DNA of 64,000 nucleotides from the NCBI GenBank assembly GCA_051294375.1, contig CM119266.1:15617405-15681404 (forward strand), in the 5' to 3' direction. Both the position numbers and the translations under genes were made by a program. The DNA is from Paraspadella gotoi. Lineage: Eukaryota; Animalia; Chaetognatha. This document shows positions 11,860 through 22,881 of the stretch, piece after piece (the first letter of the stretch is position 1; each line of letters opens with the position of its first letter). The notes under the pieces were generated by a model. It was not told where the DNA came from, did not search any database, and was given only the letters and a program-made list of their open reading frames with translations.

Positions 11860-14165
11860 ATGGCGCTTTGCAATTGTTTTTGTTGATGTCTCACAACGGA
11901 ATAAGTATTTTGGACATCGGCACCGACGTCCATACAACTTTGTTTTACTTGAATTCTCGACGTCCAAGTCAAATATTCGGGTCACGCCATGTTAGCAGTC
12001 GTCGTTGTCACTGCCTATTGTCTCATCTATGGCTTGCTGGTGCTCGTAAAAATAAAAACTGCTTTCCGGAGAATCTGGAATTCGAATTGGAAAAACACAT
12101 GACCATTGTGTTATTCTATTTGGTCTTGGAAACCTTCCTACAAGCGTTGATTTATATCTAGATTACAAGAAAGAAGGAAATGTTGTAAACATAGAATTGG
12201 CTCAGAAAGAAAACTTTTTTTTAGTCATTAAACTTGATTCAAATGATTTTTGAGTCCTATCTTCAATGTTAATTCAAATTTTTGTTTTGTCTTCATCATT
12301 AACTAGAAAAACAACTAAAAACTGTTTACCTTATTTAGTAATTATTTCACAACTCCAATATCTAGTTTTTCTGGACCGTCGTTTCAAAGGAAGGCACTTC
12401 ATTCACTAGCTGAATATTTCGTGCAAATGCAATTATAATGTAGTTCTAACATGTTTTTTTGTGAGTGGAGAATTCAAAACCCTTTGTACAATTTAATATC
12501 AGCTGCAGTATCAACTGTAAGCTTTGCCAAAACTGCTCAAAATATTCGAAAAAGTCAATATTCTCGCACTGTTCTAAATCCGTTTGAAATGTTAACAATC
12601 AGTGATATTTTAGGAACTATTCAGGGTACAATCGGAATGAGTGGTTCTCTTATCTGATATTTATCAATTTCGTAAAATACTCTGAAATTTTTTTATATTT
12701 TTGCCTTTTTTGCTTTTGCGGTTTTCTCATTCGTAGAATTCAAACAGATATAAAAAATGATTTTTTTCAATGTGAATATTAAAGGAGTTACGCTTTCAAA
12801 ATCACAAATTGTGATTTTCTGATGATAATTTATGCCTTTGTTCAGCACCCTCTATACTTGGTTATATATACGTATGAAAAGCAAATTGCTTTGTGGTAAT
12901 GATTTTCTCTTTCAATCAACAGTCGTTATTGGGGCTTGCTGCCAATTAAGATCATTAGCAGTGACATCCCTCATTTGAACATTCATAGGTCCATTAACTT
13001 TTGGCGCAACGGAAATTATTGTTGCAAGTAGAAATAATTCAAAGCGTATTCACAGTGGACCAACTTTTTACTAAATGACCGCACTGCTTAAAGCAGAATT
13101 CTTCTCCTCAAAAATACCATTGCGGAAACTTTTCATTCTTTCATCCTCGAGAAAACTTATGTTTCTTTGTGCTCATCGATCTTGTCATGGGATTGCTGCC
13201 ACGTTACTTCTCTCCAAATCGCCATAAAACGAACATCTGTATTCCTTTTTTGACTGTATGATTGCGACGGCTTTTTTCGCCTCCCTTCTAGGGTTGGTAT
13301 TTTACTTCGAAGGCCTTTGTCACTCTCTTAATAAAACGCGGTTGAGAGTTTTCTCGCGCCACAAAATTGCAAAGCGCTCCTTTTTTTTCCAAAATGAGCG
13401 CGTGAGATTCTTAATTTTGACAGCAATTTGTTCCCCTTTTTGCCATCCTCACAGTATTAAGGGTTCTGTTGCAAATTAATTTTAAAACTTATAAAAAAAG
13501 TGTCGCATTTTTTTTATGTTTACTTGATTTTGTCTCTGAACGGCGTCCGTTCCGTTTTTTGCCTATTTCTGCTACCAAAGGAGAACTCGTCAAAATTTCC
13601 TCTTAAAGTAAAATTGACGAATTTCGCGGATTAATCAGTTTAAAACATGACGAATTCGACGTAAATAAGCTCAGAGTTTCGATCTGTTCGAATTTTACAG
13701 GCTGGCTATTTTTAATGAGAGTTTCCTTTTTCTAATGTTCATTTCTTCTTTACCTTTTTGTCAGCATTTTGCTTCCTCGCATCCTCGACCAAAGACAAAA
13801 AGGCTGCTGGGTCGTGTTTGTCGCCGTTTTGTTACTCATTGCGGTATTTTTTACTTTATCACGATTTTGTCTTTGAACCGGTAGCTAAGTCGAAAAATAA
13901 CCAAGGCAGCTCACTTAGGAGAGTTCATTTATCACGATTACGTTGGAACTCAGAATATTTTTGTTCTGGGCAATGTTGGGAGACATTAAGCTTGTCTGCT
14001 ATTTGAAGGATGAAATCGATAGTTGTCGGCACTTGAAAATTGATGATTTATTCCGTTTTCTTTTATGCTTTTGGACCAAAAAAGTAACGGATTTTCTCTC
14101 ATTTAGGATCTTTTTTTTTCATTGTCATTCCGTCTATTGCATTGCTCTGTTTTTACGGATTTTAA
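11860..14165 (+). pseudogene. Frameshifted copy of the 772-aa XK-like ORF (pseudogene or unpolished assembly duplicate)
   Basis: Collinear with 20061-22379 but broken by many 1-nt indels. Confidence 0.8.
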
Positions 14166-14661
14166 GTGTCTTTATGATCATTGATCAACTATGGGATGTG
14201 AACAGTTCAAAAGTAGTATAACAAAATTAATCAATTAATTTTTTTGCTATCGGGAATCACAGGCAACCCGGCTGTTGCTATATTCTCTTTTGGCCTACAA
14301 GAGTAATGACTTTTAAAAAAAATTTAAAAAAGAATTATTCCTTTCATTATTATTATTATTAATATTTAATGCAGCAGAGCTAATTGAGAATAATAAACTT
14401 ATCTATTCGTTGATCATAGTCATAAGCTGATTCTGTATTTCTTGTCATCCTTTTTTCATCGGGCTTTTATTTTTTCCTCAGGGTCTGCGCTGCTGATTTA
14501 GTTTATTTTTTGACAAATGATTTTTCTTTCTTTTTTTTTCAAGAAACTGTACTTTAATTATTCCTCTGGTACTTTATTTTGTTTTTTAATTGACCAATCG
14601 CAAAATATAATTTTTCTTTCTGTTTTATAAATTTAATTTTCTTTCTCAAATTTTTTTTTTT

Positions 14662-15348
14662 GTCGATCTGCTTATCAGCAGATTCCGACTCCTATAATTC
14701 ACTTGTCGGTCCGTCGGTCCCACCCCAAAAAATTATCATATAAAACCTCGAATTTATGATAAATTAATGCAAAAAAAAAAATATTGTCGTCCGTCCATCC
14801 GTCCGTCTGTCCATCCCCTTTAGCAAAAAACTCAAATTACTCGTGATTGGATGGATGGATTGTGTATGAAATTTTGTTGTGTGGGTAGGAAACTGTGTGA
14901 TTGAGTTGGATATGAAAGTTCGATGGAATCGTTGCGGAGTTGGAAATTGGTTTAAATTGAAAAAAACAAAAAAAATCTATTTCACTATTCGAACGCTATT
15001 GTCATGAGTGGGCATAGTGCAATATGACTTAAATTTTTTGTATGCATGGTAGGCGACACAGTGTCCTGATAAGCTGGATATAAGTTTCTGACTGGGAAAC
15101 GTTGTGCAATGAAATGAGTGTAAACATGGAGACAAAAACGAACAAGTCATATTACTGCAAATCATTATTTACCTAAATTTATTTATGTCAGCGTTGACCA
15201 AATTTATGTCAGTTGACCAAATTATGTCCAGTGACCAAATTATGTAGGGTTGACCAAATTATGTCAGTTGACCAAATTATGTCAGTTGACCCAAATATGC
15301 AAGTTGATTAAATTATGCAAGTTTCGTAAGAGATCCCGACATTATTTG
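14662..15348 (+). mobile_element. HINE/DINE-1-like element, copy in duplicated block 1
   Basis: Same sequence as 22882-23536. Confidence 0.6.
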
Positions 15349-15362
15349 ATCTCTCTCTTTTT

Positions 15363-15462
15363 NNNNNNNNNNNNNNNNNNNNNNNNNNNNNNNNNNNNNN
15401 NNNNNNNNNNNNNNNNNNNNNNNNNNNNNNNNNNNNNNNNNNNNNNNNNNNNNNNNNNNNNN
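15363..15462. other. Assembly gap (100 N)
   Basis: Run of N. Confidence 1.
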
Positions 15463-16125
15463 GACTAGTTATTATTCTTGTTAAATCGTAAAAAACCGCA
15501 TCATTTTGCGTTATCTCAAAGCATCAGGACAATTTTTTAATTATTTTTTCCGTGTGTCGACACGATTTTGCGGAAAATTATTCCGCAAAATCTGTCGACT
15601 TTACTAAATCTGCTAAGCAACCAAAATTGAAAAAAAAATCGCGAGTTACCGAATTATTTTGAGCATAAACCAAAAAATAAATAATACAGAAAAAAAAGAA
15701 TAAAAGGAATAAAGAAAGAGAAAATAGGAGAGAGAAAGTAAGAAAGAAAGAGAGACAGATAGAAAGAGAGAGAGAGACGTTGTGAAGAAGTTTTATAAAA
15801 TAAACAAACAATAGACTATAAAAATAAAAAGCAAAAAATTAACAACAACAACAAATACGTATTTACATTGGCTGAAAAAGGTCAGCCATAACAAGATCAT
15901 TCTGTTTGGATACGAACGGTCATTCTTACTGACCACTACGGGTCACAAAGTACAAAGACTTCGTCGTCGTCTTCGTTGTTATATTCGTCGTCGTCGTCGT
16001 CTTTGTTCAAATCATTTGAGCTCCCAAAACGCAATGAAATTAACGGAGACGACTATTCGAATTATTATTTAGAGAAAAACAGATTTGAATTGTTTTTCAA
16101 CGAATTATAATTACACAATTTGTTA

Positions 16126-16168
16126 GTCGGATATGTTTTGACTGTTTAGTTAGAGTCTTCATCAGCGT
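16126..16168 (-). ncRNA. Degenerate minimal hammerhead ribozyme motif
   Basis: The minus strand reads CG-CTGATGA-A-GACT(loop)AGTC-AAAA-CATA-TC-CGAC. GAAA is mutated to AAAA. Confidence 0.4.
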
Positions 16169-16206
16169 TTTTGACAATCAATAAGTTTTTCTTTTAACAT
16201 TAAGTT

Positions 16207-16273
<67 letters not shown>

Positions 16274-16556
16274 AAGAGTTTCTAAAGACTGGTTCTCAAG
16301 TTACCTCGATTTTTCGTTCACAACTTCGTTCATCGATTCGTTCATCAATTATTCATAACTTCGAAATACAAAGACATTTTTCTACAGCGTCGTCGGTTGT
16401 TAGTGGTGGCATCATTAACGGAAGTGGAGTCCGAGAAGTGGTTCAAATTTAAATGTTGCTATTCTGGCAAACGAATCGTAACATTCGGTTAGATTCGTCG
16501 CGAGGTTGAAGTTTCTCTCTCTTATTTCTCCTCCCTCCCTTTCTCCTCTTATTTTC

Positions 16557-16615
<59 letters not shown>

Positions 16616-16684
16616 CCTTTTCTCTTTTCTGTCGGCGTTCCCGCACCCCAGGCGTATCCCCACCCCAGTTAAGTTGGAGGAGAG

Positions 16685-16784
16685 NNNNNNNNNNNNNNNN
16701 NNNNNNNNNNNNNNNNNNNNNNNNNNNNNNNNNNNNNNNNNNNNNNNNNNNNNNNNNNNNNNNNNNNNNNNNNNNNNNNNNNNN
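16685..16784. other. Assembly gap (100 N)
   Basis: Run of N. Confidence 1.
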
Positions 16785-17836
16785 TTCTAAACCCATGGGC
16801 CAATTCAGACATAACTTAAGATATACATTATTCCAGTTATTCTCTATCCAAAAATATAAAAATATTATGAAAAAAGGTTTGGGATCGAGTTTCGGAATTT
16901 GGTTCTACTATTATAGAGAGACATTTTTAAATTTCAGCTTGTATCATTGAAAATAAAACATTTTTAAACTTTAACCCCGAATTCTTCATAACTGGAACGC
17001 GTTTATCAAAATGTCTCTCTATTACATTTTTACAAATGTTTTTAAGATTGCTAATCAAATTTTTAAATCAATATTATTGCAGTCGTTGAGGCTGCAACTC
17101 TTCAAATTCAGTATAGATTTATTGTAGCTCAAATTTCTTTACCATCTATTTAACTGAAGATTTTGTTCATGACTGGAAAACCAACAGAGTAACGAGATTA
17201 ATTGTTTAATTCTCCCCTTCTAAATTATCCCATACAGCGTTTTAACTTCTTACCTAGTATTTTTTAACAACCAGATTAAAAAACAAATCTTTAAAAAATG
17301 TGCTTACCCTTTAACTTAACAATTTTGTATTATCCCATTTAAAAAAATGATTAAAAACAGAATGTTTACATATAAAAAAACTTATTTTTTATGATTACTG
17401 ATGACTACATAATGTATTTCTCGATATATTAGCTCTAATACATCAATGATTACATATTGTTATGCTGAATGACCTTTCCTCTGAAGAGAAGTCATGACGT
17501 CAATCAAGGTGGAGAGTAATGATATCCTGAGTTTGATCGACCATTAATAATTGTGTTGACTGTTGACTGAAATTTTTGACAATGATATATGATCGGTTTG
17601 TTAATAATTAACAATGAAGTTAAATCATTTATAATTTGCAAACAATTTAACTAGCCATTATAGCAACAGCAACAACCTGTGGTACCCATTGGAATGGGAT
17701 ATCTCAATGTTGGCTTTAGGGGCTTCCAACCCTCAGTGGCGTTTTTCTTGTTTTTTCTCTCCTCTCCAAATTATTACATAATTTTCCCCTCTATTTCCTC
17801 AGTACTTTATAATGCTCACTATGCGACATCCCACAG

Positions 17837-18017
17837 ACCTTTGATAGTCCTGAAGACAGATGGCCACCACTACCTCCACGTCTCCTCTCCCTCTGGGCCC
17901 CGGCCAACTCTGCCCCCGACGCTCAGGCCATTGTCGTCGACGATCACCTCTTCGCCTCAGCGCATAAAGGACATCCCCGCCACACTTGAGATCGTCTCGC
18001 CCGACGCCAGGATTCAG
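17837..18017 (+). pseudogene. DPH6: DPH6-like YjgF-domain exon, second copy, still frameshifted
   Basis: CCACAG| ... HYLHVSS / LWAPANSAPDAQAIVVDDHLFASAHKG / IPATLEIVSPDARIQ |GTGAGG. Two frame changes are needed. Confidence 0.65.
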
Positions 18018-18336
18018 GTGAGGGTTGGGAGGGATTGGTGGCTGGTGTATGAATATGAAACAGTTTTCATCGGCTGTATATAATTGCAGAATGTATAGAG
18101 AACATTGAACCTTGAAATAATTAAGGCTTGACATTTTGCGAGGCGTGTCGCCTCCATCCGATTGTGATTAATATAATTTATATGCAAAAGTCATCTGAAG
18201 TCGCTCAACATTTCTCACATTCTTTTATCGCTTTCGTTTCAACATAAACTTTACGTTTACAATGAGCTTAAAAATAATTTCTAAAAATTAAAGAAACAAA
18301 TATTTCGTTGGGCTGCTTACAGTAACAGGTTTACAC

Positions 18337-20047
18337 TAGAGTTCTGATAATCGTTAAAAGTTAACGGTTATTAACGGTTAATTATAATTTTAACTTAACT
18401 GTTAATGTCTTTTTTTTAACGGTTAAATTTGGTTAATTTTCAAATACGATTTTTGTTATTATTTGTTAGGAAATCTTTGATTTTTTGAACAAAAGTATTT
18501 TTTTCCGTCCTCTCTTATTCTCCTCTCCCTTTCTCACCATATTTTTCCCCCTCTCTCTCTTCTCCATTTTTTTCAATGTTTTTTTTCTTTTTTATTATCA
18601 TCCCCAATATTTTTTCTATCCTAATCTCTCTTATTCTTTCTTCCCCTAACTTTATACCCTCATGTTCCTTTCTTTTTCTTTCTCTCTTTTTCCCTCCTTC
18701 TTTCCACCCTTTCTTTTCTCTTCTTTTTTTCTGCCCTTCCAGTATTTTTTTTTACTTTCTCCAAATTTTTTTTCGTTTTTCCTTTCAACTAATTTTATGC
18801 ATTTACATCTTAGAGAAAAAGTTTAAATTCATTGGCAATAACAATTTATTTTCTAGATGAAAATGTACATGTTTCGGCTTTTTTACAAGCCTTCTTCAGC
18901 GTCAATTAGTTGTGAAATATTAGACAGATTTTGTGTAGAAGAAGGGGAGAGAGAGAGAGAGAGCAAAGTTTCTCTGTTTCTCTCTCTCCCATCTTCTATA
19001 CAAATCTGCGCTCTAATAATTTTACAAACTAAAATGACGCTGAAGAAGGCTTATAAAAAAGCCAAAACATGTACGTTTTCATCTTGAAAAAAAATTGTTG
19101 TTGCCAATTATTTCAAACTATGTCTCTAATCTTTAGTCACTACGGAAGAAAGGATTACATAACACAATGCATTTACATCAAAGAATATTTTGAAATATAA
19201 TATATTGAGAGAGATTTTAGTCCACCATAATATATGCAAATACATACATTTTCTTACAAATTAAATTCTTACATAAAAAATTTTTTATTCTATTTTGTTA
19301 TTAAAAAAATAAATAAATCTTATTTTTCTCTCTTTTTCTTTCTCTCTTTAGAACGAACAAAGAAGCAAATAAAACCGAATGAATTAAAAAAATGATTATA
19401 AAAAATTTAAAAAGATCAATGATGATCTACTTTTTAATAAAACAAAAAAAATATTTATTAATTAATAAATCTTTTCATCAATAGCTCAATCAATAAACCA
19501 TTCAATCAATAAACTAATATTCATATATTATATTTATAATTATGGTCATGGTTTGTGAAAGACTAACAACTAGAAAAATAATGAGGAAGAGAAATAGAGA
19601 AAGAAAAAGAGAAAATGAAAGAGAGAAAGAGAACGAGAAAACATAATAGAATTACATTGTGCCTTTTCTTTCTTTGACTTTTTTATATTTTTGTTATGCT
19701 TATGGCAAATAAAAAAAAACTTGTATGCAAGATTTATCATGATGCATTATTTGATTAGCTGATAAGCTAAATTATCATGGGTAATATCAAGATAGTTTGC
19801 TCAAACCAATTTTTCTTTTAATAACTATAATGAGTACCTCATCTATCTGAAATAGAAGATAAAGAAGATTTTGGAGCCAGAGTTAAAGAGAAAATTACCA
19901 TTAAATACTTTAGTTTGTTTTAAATATTAGTATTTTAAATTTAAAGTTAAATTATAAAATTAACCGATTTTAACGGTTAATCGTTAAAAATGTTAGTTTT
20001 AACGGTTAAGCGAATTTCCTGAAAAATTAACAGTTATCGAAACTCTA
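18337..20047. mobile_element. Non-autonomous hAT-type DNA transposon (~1.7 kb)
   Basis: Perfect 8-bp TSD GTTTACAC (18329-18336, 20048-20055). Imperfect TIRs TAGAGTTCTGATAATCGTTAA / TTAACAGTTATCGAAACTCTA. Repeated subterminal TAACGGTT motifs at both ends. Confidence 0.8.
18850..19090. repeat. ~240-bp imperfect palindrome carrying two oppositely oriented hammerhead motifs (18862-18903 minus; 19036-19077 plus)
   Basis: Arms TTCTAGATGAAAATGTACATGTTTCGGCTT...CTTCTTCAGCGTCA and TGACGCTGAAGAAGGCTT...AAGCCAAAACATGTACGTTTTCATCTTGAA. The inner (GA)n and (TC)n tracts are also complementary. A copy lies at ~10636-10882. Confidence 0.8.
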
Positions 20048-20060
20048 GTTTACACGCAGA

Positions 20061-22379
20061 ATGGCCGCTTTGCAATTGTTTTTGTTGATTGTCTCCAACG
20101 GAATAAGTATTTTGGACATCGGCACCGACGTCCATACAACTTTGTTTTACTTGAATTCTCCGACGGTCCAAGTCAAATATTCGGGTCACGCCATGTTAGC
20201 AGTCGTCGTTGGTCACTGCCTATTGTCCTCAATCTATGGCTTGCTGGTGCTCGGTAAAAATAAAAACTGCTTTCCGAGAATCTGGAATTCGAATTGGAAA
20301 AAACACATGACCATTGTGTTATTCATATTTGGTCTTGGAAACCTTCCTACAAGCGTTGATTTATATCTAGATTACAAGAAAGAAGGAAATGTTGTAAACA
20401 TAGAATTGGCTCAGAAAGAAAACTTTTTTTTAGCATTAAACTTGATTCAAATGATTTTTGAGTCCTATCTTCAAATGTTAATTCAAAATTTTTGTTTTGT
20501 TTCATCATTAACTAGACAAACAACTAAAAACTGTTTACCTTATTTTAGTAATTATTTCACAACTCCAATATCTAGTTTTTCTGGAACCGTCGTTTCAAAG
20601 GAAGGCACTTCATTCACTAGGCTGAATATTTCGTGCAAATGCAATTATAATGTAGTTTCTAACATGTTTTTTTGTGAGTGGAGAATTCAAAACCCTTTTA
20701 CAATAATATCAGCTGCAGTATCAACTGTAAGCTTTGCCAAAACTGCCTCAAATATTCGAACAAGTCAATATTCTCGCACTGTTTCTAAATCCCGTTTGAA
20801 AATGTTAACAATCAGTGATATTTTAGGAACTATTCAGGGTACAATCGGAATGAGTGTTTCTCTTTATCTGATATTTATCAATTTCGCAAAATACTCTGAA
20901 ATTTTTTTAATATTTTTGCCTTTTTTGCTTTTGCGGGTTTTCTCATTCGTAGAATTCAAACAGATAATAAAAATGATTTTTTTCAATGTGAATATTAAAG
21001 GTAGTTACGCTTTCCAAAATCACAAAAATTGTGATTTTCTGATGATAATTATGCCTTTGTTCAGCACCCTTATACTTGGTTGTATATATACGTATGAAAA
21101 GCACAAATTGCTTTGTGGTAATGATTTTCACTTTCAATCAACAGTCGTTAATTGGGGGCTTGCTGCAATTAAGATCATTAGCAGTGACATCCCTCATTTG
21201 AACATTCATAGGTCCATTAACTTTTGGCGCAAGGAAATTATTGTTTGCAAAGTAGAAATAATTCAAAGCGATTCACAGTGGGACCAACTTTTTACTAATG
21301 ACCGCACTTGCTTAAAGCAGAATTCTTTCTCCTCAAAAATACCATTGGGAAACTTTTCATTCTTTCATCCTCCGAGAAAACTTATGTTTCTTTTGGTGCT
21401 CATCGATCTTGTCATGGGATTGCTGCACGTTACTTCTCTCCAAATCGCCATAAAACGAACATCTGTATCCTTTTTGACTTGTATGATTGCGACGGCTTTT
21501 TTCGCCTCCCTTCTAGGGTTTGGTATTTACTTCGAGGCCTTTGTCGACTCTCTTAATAAAACGCGGTTGAGAGTTTCTCGCGGCACAAAATTGGCAAAGC
21601 AGCTCCTTTTTTTCCAAAATGAGCGCGTGAGATTTCTTAATTTGACAGCCAATTTGTTTCCCCTTTTTGCCATCCTCACAGTATTAAGGGTCTGTTGCAA
21701 ATTAATTTTAAAACTTATAAAAAAAAAGTGTCGCATTTTTTTATGTTTACTGATTTTGTCTCTGACGGCGTCCGTTCCGTTTTTTGCCTATTTCTGTACC
21801 AGAGGAGAACTCGTCAAATTTCCTCTTAAAGTAAAATTGACGAATTTTCGCGATAATCAGTTTAACATGACGAATTCCGACGTAAATAAGCTCAGAGTTT
21901 CGATCTTGTTCGAATTTTACAGGCTGGCTATTTTTAATGAGAGTTTCCTTTTTCTAATGTTCATTTCTTCTTTACCTTTTGTCAGCATTTTGCTCCTCGA
22001 TCCTCGACCAAAGACAAAAAGGTGCTGGGTCGTGTTTGTCGCCGTTTTGTTACTGCATGCGGTATTTTTACTTTTATCACGATTTTGTCTGGAACCGGTA
22101 GCTAAGTCGAAAAATAACCAAGGAGCTCACTTAGGAGAGTTCATTTATCACGATTACGTAGGAACTCAGAATATTTTGTTCGGGCAATTGTTGGGAGACA
22201 TTAAGGCTTGTCTGTATTTGAAGGATGAAATCGATAGTTGTCGGCACTTGAAAATTGATGATTTAGTTCCGTTTTTCTTTTATGTTTTGGACCAAAAAGT
22301 AACGGATTTCTCTCATTTAGGATCTTTTTTTTTCATTGTCATTCCGTCTATTGCATTGCTCTGTTTTTACGGATTTTAA
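20061..22379 (+). CDS. 772-aa intronless multi-pass membrane protein with an XK-related (Xkr/CED-8 scramblase-like) N-terminal region
   Basis: Uninterrupted 2.3 kb ORF in AT-rich DNA with many hydrophobic segments. It has XK-family-like motifs ILDIGTDV..TLFY and IFESYLQMLIQ (cf. DVGTD / ESAPQLILQ). The ATG follows an acceptor-like ACGCAG|A. Confidence 0.7.
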   Translation: MAALQLFLLIVSNGISILDIGTDVHTTLFYLNSPTVQVKYSGHAMLAVVVGHCLLSSIYGLLVLGKNKNCFPRIWNSNWKKHMTIVLFIFGLGNLPTSVDLYLDYKKEGNVVNIELAQKENFFLALNLIQMIFESYLQMLIQNFCFVSSLTRQTTKNCLPYFSNYFTTPISSFSGTVVSKEGTSFTRLNISCKCNYNVVSNMFFCEWRIQNPFTIISAAVSTVSFAKTASNIRTSQYSRTVSKSRLKMLTISDILGTIQGTIGMSVSLYLIFINFAKYSEIFLIFLPFLLLRVFSFVEFKQIIKMIFFNVNIKGSYAFQNHKNCDFLMIIMPLFSTLILGCIYTYEKHKLLCGNDFHFQSTVVNWGLAAIKIISSDIPHLNIHRSINFWRKEIIVCKVEIIQSDSQWDQLFTNDRTCLKQNSFSSKIPLGNFSFFHPPRKLMFLLVLIDLVMGLLHVTSLQIAIKRTSVSFLTCMIATAFFASLLGFGIYFEAFVDSLNKTRLRVSRGTKLAKQLLFFQNERVRFLNLTANLFPLFAILTVLRVCCKLILKLIKKKCRIFLCLLILSLTASVPFFAYFCTRGELVKFPLKVKLTNFRDNQFNMTNSDVNKLRVSILFEFYRLAIFNESFLFLMFISSLPFVSILLLDPRPKTKRCWVVFVAVLLLHAVFLLLSRFCLEPVAKSKNNQGAHLGEFIYHDYVGTQNILFGQLLGDIKACLYLKDEIDSCRHLKIDDLVPFFFYVLDQKVTDFSHLGSFFFIVIPSIALLCFYGF

Positions 22380-22881
22380 GTGTCTTATGATCATTGATCA
22401 ACTATGGGATGTGAACAGTCAAAAGTAGTATAACAAAATTAATTCAATTAATTTTTATTGTATCGGGAATCACAGGCAACCCGGCTGTTGCTATATTTCT
22501 CTTTTGCCTACAAAGAGTAATGACTTTAAAAAAATTTAAAAAGAATTATCCCTTTCATTATTATTATTATTAATATTATAATGAGCAGAGCTAATGAGAA
22601 TAATAAACTTTTATCTATTCGATTGTTATTCATAGTCATAAGCTGATTCTGTATTCTGTGTGTTCATCCTTTTTCATCAGGCTTTTATTTTTTTTTCCTC
22701 AGGGTCTGCGTCTGCTGATTAGTTTATTTTTTGACAATGATTTTTTCTTTTCTTTTTTTTTTTCAGAAACTGTAACTTTAATTTTCCTCGGTACTTTATT
22801 TTTTTTTTTAATTGACAATCGCAAAATATAATTTTTCTTTCTGTTTATAAATTAATTTTCTTTTCTCAAATTTTTTTTTTA

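Larger units (their letters stand above)
8682..15348 (+). repeat. Copy 1 of a ~6.6 kb duplicated block (copy 2 at ~16913-23536), indel-rich
   Basis: Collinear near-identity over the DPH6-like exon, hAT element, XK-like ORF, HINE and 18-bp repeat. It ends next to an N gap. Confidence 0.95.

Noticed and set aside
17837-22379. In-frame DPH6-XK fusion by splicing
   Set aside because: The DPH6-like exon ends in phase 0 but the acceptor leaves one base before the ATG (CAG|A ATG). The exon itself is also frameshifted.
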